Below are positions 1 through 12,900 of a stretch of 20,000 nucleotides of DNA, piece by piece. The stretch comes from Hydrurus foetidus. Taxonomy: Eukaryota. The position numbers and the translations under genes are program-made. Location: contig UYFQ01000673.1 of the NCBI GenBank assembly GCA_900617105.1, forward strand, positions 50,320 to 70,319, in the 5' to 3' direction. The first letter of the stretch is position 1. Each line of letters begins with the position of its first letter. A model generated the notes under the pieces. The model did no database searches. It saw nothing but the letters and a program-made list of their open reading frames with translations, and was not told the DNA's origin.

Positions 1-3000
1 GCACCATCGGTATCACCATCGCAGTCATCGTCACCATCGGTATCACCGTCAGTTGTAAGCGGCGCCCCTAGTGCTGCACCATCGGTATCACCATCGCAGT
101 CATCGTCACCATCGGTATCACCGTCAGTTGTAAGCGGCGCCCCTAGTGCTGCACCATCGGTATCACCATCGCAGTCATCGTCACCATCGGTATCACCGTC
201 AGTTGTAAGCGGCGCCCCTAGTGCTGCACCATCGGTATCACCATCGCAGTCATCGTCACCATCGGTATCACCGTCAGTTGTAAGCGGCGCCCCTAGTGCT
301 GCACCATCGGTATCACCATCGCAGTCATCGTCACCATCGGTATCACCGTCAGTTGTAAGCGGCGCCCCTAGTGCTGCACCATCGGTATCACCATCGCAGT
401 CATCGTCACCATCGGTATCACCGTCAGTTGTAAGCGGCGCCCCTAGTGCTGCACCATCGGTATCACCATCGCAGTCATCGTCACCATCGGTATCACCGTC
501 AGTTGTAAGCGGCGCCCCTAGTGCTGCACCATCGGTATCACCATCGCAGTCATCGTCACCATCGGTATCACCGTCGGTGTAAGCGGCGCCCCTAGTGCTG
601 CACCATCGGTATCACCATCGCAGTCATCGTCACCATCGGTATCACCGTCAGTTGTAAGCGGCGCCCCTAGTGCTGCACCATCGGTATCACCATCGCAGTC
701 ATCGTCACCATCGGTATCACCGTCAGTTGTAAGCGGCGCCCCTAGTGCTGCACCATCGGTATCACCATCGCAGTCATCGTCACCATCGGTATCACCGTCA
801 GTTGTAAGCGGCGCCCCTAGTGCTGCACCATCGGTATCACCATCGCAGTCATCGTCACCATCGGTATCACCGTCAGTTGTAAGCGGCGCCCCTAGTGCTG
901 CACCATCGGTATCACCATCGCAGTCATCGTCACCATCGGTATCACCGTCAGTTGTAAGCGGCGCCCCTAGTGCTGCACCATCGGTATCACCATCGCAGTC
1001 ATCGTCACCATCGGTATCACCGTCAGTTGTAAGCGGCGCCCCTAGTGCTGCACCATCGGTATCACCATCGCAGTCATCGTCACCATCGGTATCACCGTCA
1101 GTTGTAAGCGGCGCCCCTAGTGCTGCACCATCGGTATCACCATCGCAGTCATCGTCACCATCGGTATCACCGTCAGTTGTAAGCGGCGCCCCTAGTGCTG
1201 CACCATCGGTATCACCATCGCAGTCATCGTCACCATCGGTATCACCGTCAGTTGTAAGCGGCGCCCCTAGTGCTGCACCATCGGTATCACCATCGCAGTC
1301 ATCGTCACCATCGGTATCACCGTCAGTTGTAAGCGGCGCCCCTAGTGCTGCACCATCGGTATCACCATCGCAGTCATCGTCACCATCGGTATCACCGTCA
1401 GTTGTCATCGTCACCATCGGTATCACCGTCAGTTGTAAGCGGCGCCCCTAGTGCTGCACCATCGGTATCACCATCGCAGTCATCGTCACCATCGGTATCA
1501 CCATCGCAGTCATCGTCACCATCGGTATCACCGTCAGTTGTAAGCGGCGCCCCTAGTGCTGCACCATCGGTATCACCATCGCAGTCATCGTCACCATCGG
1601 TATCACCGTCAGTTGTAAGCGGCGCCCCTAGTGCTGCACCATCGGTATCACCATCGCAGTCATCGTCACCATCGGTATCACCGTCAGTTGTAAGCGGCGC
1701 CCCTAGTGCTGCACCATCGGTATCACCATCGCAGTCATCGTCACCATCGGTATCACCGTCAGTTGTAAGCGGCGCCCCTAGTGCTGCACCATCGGTATCA
1801 CCATCGCAGTCATCGTCACCATCGGTATCACCGTCAGTTGTAAGCGGCGCCCCTAGTGCTGCACCATCGGTATCACCATCGCAGTCATCGTCACCATCGG
1901 TATCACCGTCAGTTGTAAGCGGCGCCCCTAGTGCTGCACCATCGGTATCACCATCGCAGTCATCGTCACCATCGGTATCACCGTCAGTTGTAAGCGGCGC
2001 CCCTAGTGCTGCACCATCGGTATCACCATCGCAGTCATCGTCACCATCGCGTCATCGTCACCATCCAGTCACCGTCAGTTGTAAGCGGCGCCCCTAGTGC
2101 TGCACCATCGGTATCACCATCGCAGTCATCGTCACCATCGGTATCACCGTCAGTTGTAAGCGGCGCCCCTAGTGCTGCACCATCGGTATCACCATCGCAG
2201 TCATCGTCACCATCGGTATCACCGTCAGTTGTAAGCGGCGCCCCTAGTGCTGCACCATCGGTATCACCATCGCAGTCATCGTCACCATCGGTATCACCGT
2301 CAGTTGTAAGCGGCGCCCCTAGTGCTGCACCATCGGTATCACCATCGCAGTCATCGTCACCATCGGTATCACCGTCAGTTGTAAGCGGCGCCCCTAGTGC
2401 TGCACCATCGGTATCACCATCGCAGTCATCGTCACCATCGGTATCACCATCACACAGCTCATCGCTCACCATCGTATCACCGTCAGTTGTAAGCGGCGCC
2501 CCTGCTGCACCATCGGTATACCATCGCAGTCATCGTCACCATCGGTATCACCATCAGTCATCGTCACCATCGGTATCACCGTCAGTTGTAAGCGGCGCCC
2601 CTAGTGCTGCACCATCGGTATCACCATCGCAGTCATCGTCACCATCGGTATCACCGTCAGTTGTAAGCGGCGCCCCTAGTGCTGCACCATCGGTATCACC
2701 ATCGCAGTCATCGTCACCATCGGTATCACCGTCAGTTGTAAGCGGCGCCCCTAGTGCTGCACCATCGGTATCACCATCGCAGTCATCGTCACCATCGGTA
2801 TCACCATCGCAGTCATCGTCACCATCGGTATCACCGTCAGTTGTAAGCGGCGCCCCTAGTGCTGCACCATCGGTATCACCATCGCAGTCATCGTCACCAT
2901 CGGTATCACCGTCAGTTGTAAGCGGCGCCCCTAGTGCTGCACCATCGGTATCACCATCGCAGTCATCGTCACCATCGGTATCACCGTCAGTTGTAAGCGG

Positions 3001-6000
3001 CGCCCCTAGTGCTGCACCATCGGTATCACCATCGCAGTCATCGTCACCATCGGTATCACCGTCAGTTGTAAGCGGCGCCCCTAGTGCTGCACCATCGGTA
3101 TCACCATCGCAGTCATCGTCACCATCGGTATCACCGTCAGTTGTAAGCGGCGCCCCTAGTGCTGCACCATCGGTATCACCATCGCAGTCATCGTCACCAT
3201 CGGTATCACCGTCAGTTGTAAGCGGCGCCCCTAGTGCTGCACCATCGGTATCACCATCGCAGTCATCGTCACCATCGGTATCACCGTCAGTTGTAAGCGG
3301 CGCCCCTAGTGCTGCACCATCGGTATCACCATCGCAGTCATCGTCACCATCGGTATCACCGTCAGTTGTAAGCGGCGCCCCTAGTGCTGCACCATCGGTA
3401 TCACCATCGCAGTCATCGTCACCATCGGTATCACCATCACAGTCATCGTCACCATCGGTATCACCGTCAGTTGTAAGCGGCGCCCCTAGTGCTGCACCAT
3501 CGGTATCACCATCGCAGTCATCGTCACCATCGGTATCACCGTCAGTTGTAAGCGGCGCCCCTAGTGCTGCACCATCGGTATCACCATCGCAGTCATCGTC
3601 ACCATCGGTATCACCGTCAGTTGTAAGCGGCGCCCCTAGTGCTGCACCATCGGTATCACCATCGCAGTCATCGTCACCATCGGTATCACCGTCAGTTGTA
3701 AGCGGCGCCCCTAGTGCTGCACCATCGGTATCACCATCGCAGTCATCGTCACCATCGGTATCACCGTCAGTTGTAAGCGGCGCCCCTAGTGCTGCACCAT
3801 CGGTATCACCATCGCAGTCATCGTCACCATCGGTATCACCGTCAGTTGTAAGCGGCGCCCCTAGTGCTGCACCATCGGTATCACCATCGCAGTCATCGTC
3901 ACCATCGGTATCACCGTCAGTTGTAAGCGGCGCCCCTAGTGCTGCACCATCGGTATCACCATCGCAGTCATCGTCACCATCGGTATCACCATCACAGTCA
4001 TCGTCACCATCGGTATCACCGTCAGTGTAAGCGGCGCCCCTAGTGCTCACCATCGGTATCACCATCGCAGTCATCGTCACCATCGGTATCACCGTCAGTT
4101 GTAAGCGGTGCCCCTAGTGTTGCACCATCGGTATCACCATCGCAGTCATCGTCACCATCGGTATCACCGTCAGTTGTAAGCGGCGCCCCTAGTGCTGCAC
4201 CATCGGTATCACCATCGCAGTCATCGTCACCATCGGTAACACCGTCAGTTGTAAGCGGCGCCCTAGTGCTGCACCATCGGTATCACCATCGCAGTCATCG
4301 TCACCATCGGCATCACCGTCAGTTGTAAGCGGCGCCCCTAGTGCTGCACCATCGGTATCACCATCGCAGTCATCGTCACCATCGGTATCACCGTCAGCTG
4401 TAAGCGGCGCCCCTAGTGATGCACCATCGGTATCACCATCGCAGTCATCGTCACCATCGGTATCACCATCACAGTCATCGTCACCATCGGTATCACCATC
4501 GCAGTCATCGTCACCATCGGTATCACCGTCAGTTGTAAGCGGCGCCCCTAGTGCTGCACCATCGGTATCACCATCGCAGTCATCGTCACCATCGGTATCA
4601 CCGTCAGTTGTAAGCGGCGCCCCTAGTGCTGCACCATCGGTATCACCATCGCAGTCATCGTCACCATCGGTATCACCGTCAGTTGTAAGCGGCGCCCCTA
4701 GTGCTGCACCATCGGTATCACCATCGCAGTCATCGTCACCATCGGTATCACCGTCAGTTGTAAGCGGCGCCCCTAGTGCTGCACCATCGGTATCACCATC
4801 GCAGTCATCGTCACCATCGGTATCACCGTCAGTTGTAAGCGGCGCCCCTAGTGCTGCACCATCGGTATCACCATCGCAGTCATCGTCACCATCGGTATCA
4901 CCGTCAGTTGTAAGCGGCGCCCCTAGTGCTGCACCATCGGTATCACCATCGCAGTCATCGTCACCATCGGTATCACCGTCAGTTGTAAGCGGCGCCCCTA
5001 GTGCTGCACCATCGGTATCACCATCGCAGTCATCGTCACCATCGGTATCACCGTCAGTTGTAAGCGGCGCCCCTAGTGCTGCACCATCGGTATCACCATC
5101 GCAGTCATCGTCACCATCGGTATCACCGTCAGTTGTAAGCGGCGCCCCTAGTGCTGCACCATCGGTATCACCATCGCAGTCATCGTCACCATCGGTATCA
5201 CCGTCACAGTCATCGTCACCATCGGTATCACCGTCAGTTGTAAGCGGCGCCCCTAGTGCTGCACCATCGGTATCACCATCGCAGTCATCGTCACCATCGG
5301 TATCACCGTCAGTTGTAAGCGGCGCCCCTAGTGCTGCACCATCGGTATCACCATCGCAGTCATCGTCACCATCGGTATCACCGTCAGTTGTAAGCGGCGC
5401 CCCTAGTGCTGCACCATCGGTATCACCATCGCAGTCATCGTCACCATCGGTATCACCGTCAGTTGTAAGCGGCGCCCCTAGTGCTGCACCATCGGTATCA
5501 CCATCGCAGTCATCGTCACCATCGGTATCACCGTCAGTTGTAAGCGGCGCCCCTAGTGCTGCACCATCGGTATCACCATCGCAGTCATCGTCACCATCGG
5601 TATCACCGTCAGTTGTAAGCGGCGCCCCTAGTGCTGCACCATCGGTATCACCATCGCAGTCATCGTCACCATCGGTATCACCGTCAGTTGTAAGCGGCGC
5701 CCCTAGTGCTGCACCATCGGTATCACCATCGCAGTCATCGTCACCATCGGTATCACCGTCAGTTGTAAGCGGCGCCCCTAGTGCTGCACCATCGGTATCA
5801 CCATCGCAGTCATCGTCACCATCGGTATCACCGTCAGTTGTAAGCGGCGCCCCTAGTGCTGCACCATCGGTATCACCATCGCAGTCATCGTCACCATCGG
5901 TATCACCATCGCAGTCATCGTCACCATCGGTATCACCGTCAGTTGTAAGCGGCGCCCCTAGTGCTGCACCATCGGTATCACCATCGCAGTCATCGTCACC

Positions 6001-6915
6001 ATCGGTATCACCGTCAGTTGTAAGCGGCGCCCCTAGTGCTGCACCATCGGTATCACCATCGCAGTCATCGTCACCATCGGTATCACCGTCAGTTGTAAGC
6101 GGCGCCCCTAGTGCTGCACCATCGGTATCACCATCGCAGTCATCGTCACCATCGGTATCACCGTCAGTTGTAAGCGGCGCCCCTAGTGCTGCACCATCGG
6201 TATCACCATCGCAGTCATCGTCACCATCGGTATCACCGTCAGTTGTAAGCGGCGCCCCTAGTGCTGCACCATCGGTATCACCATCGCAGTCATCGTCACC
6301 ATCGGTATCACCGTCAGTTGTAAGCGGCGCCCCTAGTGCTGCACCATCGGTATCACCATCGCAGTCATCGTCACCATCGGTATCACCGTCAGTTGTAAGC
6401 GGCGCCCCTAGTGCTGCACCATCGGTATCACCATCGCAGTCATCGTCACCATCGGTATCACCGTCAGTTGTAAGCGGCGCCCCTAGTGCTGCACCATCGG
6501 TATCACCATCGCAGTCATCGTCACCATCGGTATCACCATCACAGTCATCGTCACCATCGGTATCACCGTCAGTTGTAAGCGGCGCCCCTAGTGCTGCACC
6601 ATCGGTATCACCATCGCAGTCATCGTCACCATCGGTATCACCGTCAGTTGTAAGCGGCGCCCCTAGTGCTGCACCATCGGTATCACCATCGCAGTCATCG
6701 TCACCATCGGTATCACCGTCAGTTGTAAGCGGCGCCCCTAGTGCTGCACCATCGGTATCACCATCGCAGTCATCGTCACCATCGGTATCACCGTCAGTTG
6801 TAAGCGGCGCCCCTAGTGCTGCACCATCGGTATCACCATCGCAGTCATCGTCACCATCGGTATCACCGTCAGTTGTAAGCGGCGCCCCTAGTGCTGCACC
6901 ATCGGTATCACCATC
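1..6915 (+). repeat. Array A: 75-bp coding tandem repeat (~87 units) with interspersed extra 30-bp sub-units
   Basis: Unit gcaccatcggtatcaccatcgcagtcatcgtcaccatcggtatcaccgtcagttgtaagcggcgcccctagtgct (25 codons). Copies are nearly identical, and the array is already running at base 1. Confidence 0.98.
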
Positions 6916-9900
6916 GGTATCACCGTCATTCGCAAGCGAGGCACCCAGTGCTGAGCCATCACAGTCACCATCGGAATCACCGTCATTCGCAAGCGAGGCA
7001 CCCAGTGCTGAGCCATCACAGTCACCATCGGAATCACCGTCATTCGCAAGCGAGGCACCCAGTGCTGAGCCATCACAGTCACCATCGGAATCACCGTCAT
7101 TCGCAAGCGAGGCACCCAGTGCTGAGCCATCACAGTCACCATCGGAATCACCGTCATTCGCAAGCGAGGCACCCAGTGCTGAGCCATCACAGTCACCATC
7201 GGAATCACCGTCATTCGCAAGCGAGGCACCCAGTGCTGAGCCATCACAGTCACCATCATCACCAGTTGCAAGCGAGGCACCCAGTGCTGAGCCATCACAG
7301 TCACCATCGGAATCACCGTCATTCGCAAGCGAGGCACCCAGTGCTGAGCCATCACAGTCACCATCGGAATCACCGTCATTCGCAAGCGGGGCACCCAGTG
7401 CTGAGCCATCACAGTCACCATCGGAATCACCGTCATTCGCAAGCGAGGCACCCAGTGCTGAGCCATCACAGTCACCATCGGAATCACCGTCATTCGCAAG
7501 CGAGGCACCCAGTGCTGAGCCATCACAGTCACCATCGGAATCACCGTCATTCGCAAGCGAGGCACCCAGTGCTGAGCCATCACAGTCACCATCGGAATCA
7601 CCGTCATTCGCAAGCGAGGCACCCAGTGCTGAGCCATCACAGTCACCATCGGAATCACCGTCATTCGCAAGCGAGGCACCCAGTGCTGAGCCATCACAGT
7701 CACCATCGGAATCACCGTCATTCGCAAGCGAGGCACCCAGTGCTGAGCCATCACAGTCACCATCGGAATCACCGTCATTCGCAAGCGAGGCACCCAGTGC
7801 TGAGCCATCACAGTCACCATCGGAATCACCGTCATTCGCAAGCGAGGCACCCAGTGCTGAGCCATCACAGTCACCATCGGAATCACCGTCATTCGCAAGC
7901 GAGGCACCCAGTGCTGAGCCATCACAGTCACCATCGGAATCACCGTCATTCGCAAGCGAGGCACCCAGTGCTGAGCCATCACAGTCACCATCGGAATCAC
8001 CGTCATTCGCAAGCGAGGCACCCAGTGCTGAGCCATCACAGTCACCATCGGAATCACCGTCATTCGCAAGCGAGGCACCCAGTGCTGAGCCATCACAGTC
8101 ACCATCGGAATCACCGTCATTCGCAAGCGAGGCACCCAGTGCTGAGCCATCACAGTCACCATCGGAATCACCGTCATTCGCAAGCGAGGCACCCAGTGCT
8201 GAGCCATCACAGTCACCATCGGAATCACCGTCATTCGCAAGCGAGGCACCCAGTGCTGAGCCATCACAGTCACCATCGGAATCACCGTCATTCGCAAGCG
8301 AGGCACCCAGTGCTGAGCCATCACAGTCACCATCGGAATCACCGTCATTCGCAAGCGAGGCACCCAGTGCTGAGCCATCACAGTCACCATCGGAATCACC
8401 GTCATTCGCAAGCGAGGCACCCAGTGCTGAGCCATCACAGTCACCATCGGAATCACCGTCATTCGCAAGCGAGGCACCCAGTGCTGAGCCATCACAGTCA
8501 CCATCGGAATCACCGTCATTCGCAAGCGAGGCACCCAGTGCTGAGCCATCACAGTCACCATCGGAATCACCGTCATTCGCAAGCGAGGCACCCAGTGCTG
8601 AGCCATCACAGTCACCATCGGAATCACCGTCATTCGCAAGCGAGGCACCCAGTGCTGAGCCATCACAGTCACCATCGGAATCACCGTCATTCGCAAGCGA
8701 GGCACCCAGTGCTGAGCCATCACAGTCACCATCGGAATCACCGTCATTCGCAAGCGAGGCACCCAGTGCTGAGCCATCACAGTCACCATCGGAATCACCG
8801 TCATTCGCAAGCGAGGCACCCAGTGCTGAGCCATCACAGTCACCATCGGAATCACCGTCATTCGCAAGCGAGGCACCCAGTGCTGAGCCATCACAGTCAC
8901 CATCGGAATCACCGTCATTCGCAAGCGAGGCACCCAGTGCTGAGCCATCACAGTCACCATCGGAATCACCGTCATTCGCAAGCGAGGCACCCAGTGCTGA
9001 GCCATCACAGTCACCATCGGAATCACCGTCATTCGCAAGCGAGGCACCCAGTGCTGAGCCATCACAGTCACCATCGGAATCACCGTCATTCGCAAGCGAG
9101 GCACCCAGTGCTGAGCCATCACAGTCACCATCGGAATCACCGTCATTCGCAAGCGAGGCACCCAGTGCTGAGCCATCACAGTCACCATCGGAATCACCGT
9201 CATTCGCAAGCGAGGCACCCAGTGCTGAGCCATCACAGTCACCATCGGAATCACCGTCATTCGCAAGCGAGGCACCCAGTGCTGAGCCATCACAGTCACC
9301 ATCGGAATCACCGTCATTCGCAAGCGAGGCACCCAGTGCTGAGCCATCACAGTCACCATCGGAATCACCGTCATTCGCAAGCGAGGCACCCAGTGCTGAG
9401 CCATCACAGTCACCATCGGAATCACCGTCATTCGCAAGCGAGGCACCCAGTGCTGAGCCATCACAGTCACCATCGGAATCACCGTCATTCGCAAGCGAGG
9501 CACCCAGTGCTGAGCCATCACAGTCACCATCGGAATCACCGTCATTCGCAAGCGAGGCACCCAGTGCTGAGCCATCACAGTCACCATCGGAATCACCGTC
9601 ATTCGCAAGCGAGGCACCCAGTGCTGAGCCATCACAGTCACCATCGGAATCACCGTCATTCGCAAGCGAGGCACCCAGTGCTGAGCCATCACAGTCACCA
9701 TCGGAATCACCGTCATTCGCAAGCGAGGCACCCAGTGCTGAGCCATCACAGTCACCATCGGAATCACCGTCATTCGCAAGCGAGGCACCCAGTGCTGAGC
9801 CATCACAGTCACCATCGGAATCACCGTCATTCGCAAGCGAGGCACCCAGTGCTGAGCCATCACAGTCACCATCGGAATCACCGTCATTCGCAAGCGAGGC

Positions 9901-12900
9901 ACCCAGTGCTGAGCCATCACAGTCACCATCGGAATCACCGTCATTCGCAAGCGAGGCACCCAGTGCTGAGCCATCACAGTCACCATCGGAATCACCGTCA
10001 TTCGCAAGCGAGGCACCCAGTGCTGAGCCATCACAGTCACCATCGGAATCACCGTCATTCGCAAGCGAGGCACCCAGTGCTGAGCCATCACAGTCACCAT
10101 CGGAATCACCGTCATTCGCAAGCGAGGCACCCAGTGCTGAGCCATCACAGTCACCATCGGAATCACCGTCATTCGCAAGCGAGGCACCCAGTGCTGAGCC
10201 ATCACAGTCACCATCGGAATCACCGTCATTCGCAAGCGAGGCACCCAGTGCTGAGCCATCACAGTCACCATCGGAATCACCGTCATTCGCAAGCGAGGCA
10301 CCCAGTGCTGAGCCATCACAGTCACCATCGGAATCACCGTCATTCGCAAGCGAGGCACCCAGTGCTGAGCCATCACAGTCACCATCGGAATCACCGTCAT
10401 TCGCAAGCGAGGCACCCAGTGCTGAGCCATCACAGTCACCATCGGAATCACCGTCATTCGCAAGCGAGGCACCCAGTGCTGAGCCATCACAGTCACCATC
10501 GGAATCACCGTCATTCGCAAGCGAGGCACCCAGTGCTGAGCCATCACAGTCACCATCGGAATCACCGTCATTCGCAAGCGAGGCACCCAGTGCTGAGCCA
10601 TCACAGTCACCATCGGAATCACCGTCATTCGCAAGCGAGGCACCCAGTGCTGAGCCATCACAGTCACCATCGGAATCACCGTCATTCGCAAGCGAGGCAC
10701 CCAGTGCTGAGCCATCACAGTCACCATCGGAATCACCGTCATTCGCAAGCGAGGCACCCAGTGCTGAGCCATCACAGTCACCATCGGAATCACCGTCATT
10801 CGCAAGCGAGGCACCCAGTGCTGAGCCATCACAGTCACCATCGGAATCACCGTCATTCGCAAGCGAGGCACCCAGTGCTGAGCCATCACAGTCACCATCG
10901 GAATCACCGTCATTCGCAAGCGAGGCACCCAGTGCTGAGCCATCACAGTCACCATCGGAATCACCGTCATTCGCAAGCGAGGCACCCAGTGCTGAGCCAT
11001 CACAGTCACCATCGGAATCACCGTCATTCGCAAGCGAGGCACCCAGTGCTGAGCCATCACAGTCACCATCGGAATCACCGTCATTCGCAAGCGATGCACC
11101 CAGTGCTGAGCCATCACAGTCACCATCGGAATCACCGTCATTCGCAAGCGAGGCACCCAGTGCTGAGCCATCACAGTCACCATCGGAATCACCGTCATTC
11201 GCAAGCGAGGCACCCAGTGCTGAGCCATCACAGTCACCATCGGAATCACCGTCATTCGCAAGCGAGGCACCCAGTGCTGAGCCATCACAGTCACCATCGG
11301 AATCACCGTCATTCGCAAGCGAGGCACCCAGTGCTGAGCCATCACAGTCACCATCGGAATCACCGTCATTCGCAAGCGAGGCACCCAGTGCTGAGCCATC
11401 ACAGTCACCATCGGAATCACCGTCATTCGCAAGCGAGGCACCCAGTGCTGAGCCATCACAGTCACCATCGGAATCACCGTCATTCGCAAGCGAGGCACCC
11501 AGTGCTGAGCCATCACAGTCACCATCGGAATCACCGTCATTCGCAAGCGAGGCACCCAGTGCTGAGCCATCACAGTCACCATCGGAATCACCGTCATTCG
11601 CAAGCGAGGCACCCAGTGCTGAGCCATCACAGTCACCATCGGAATCACCGTCATTCGCAAGCGAGGCACCCAGTGCTGAGCCATCACAGTCACCATCGGA
11701 ATCACCGTCATTCGCAAGCGAGGCACCCAGTGCTGAGCCATCACAGTCACCATCGGAATCACCGTCATTCGCAAGCGAGGCACCCAGTGCTGAGCCATCA
11801 CAGTCACCATCGGAATCACCGTCATTCGCAAGCGAGGCACCCAGTGCTGAGCCATCACAGTCACCATCATCACCAGGTGAGGGCGAGGTACCCAGTGCTG
11901 AGCCATCACAGTCACCATCATCACCAGGTGAGGGCGAGGTACCCAGTGCTGAGCCATCACAGTCACCATCATCACCAGGTGAGGGTGAGGTACCTAGTGC
12001 TGAGCCATCACAGTCACCATCATCACCAGGTGAGGGCGAGGTACCTAGTGCTGAGCCATCACAGTCACCATCATCACCAGGTGAGGGCGAGGTACCCAGC
12101 GCTGAGCCATCACAGTCACCATCATCACCAGGTGAGGGCGAGGTACCTAGTGCTGAGCCATCACAGTCACCATCATCACCAGGTGAGGGCGAGGTACCTA
12201 GTGCTGAGCCATCACAGTCACCATCATCACCAGGTGAGGGCGAGGCACCTAGTGCTGAGCCATCACAGTCACCATCATCACCAGGTGAGGGCGAGGTACC
12301 TAGTGCTGAGCCATCACAGTCACCATCATCACCAGGTGAGGGCGAGGTACCTAGTGCTGAGCCATCACAGTCACCATCATCACCAGGTGAGGGCGAGGTA
12401 CCTAGTGCTGAGCCATCACAGTCACCATCATCACCAGGTGAGGGTGAGGTACCTAGTGCTGAGCCATCACAGTCACCATCATCACCAGGTGAGGGCGAGG
12501 TACCTAGTGCTGAGCCATCACAGTCACCATCATCACCAGGTGAGGGCGAGGTACCTAGTGCTGAGCCATCACAGTCACCATCATCACCAGGTGAGGGCGA
12601 GGTACCCAGTGCTGAGCCATCACAGTCACCATCATCACCAGGTGAGGGCGAGGTACCTAGTGCTGAGCCATCACAGTCACCATCATCACCAGGTGAGGGC
12701 GAGGTACCTAGTGCTGAGCCATCACAGTCACCATCATCACCAGGTGAGGGCGAGGTACCTAGTGCTGAGCCATCACAGTCACCATCATCACCAGGTGAGG
12801 GCGAGGTACCTAGTGCTGAGCCATCACAGTCACCATCATCACCAGGTGAGGGCGAGGTACCTAGTGCTGAGCCATCACAGTCACCATCATCACCAGGTGA

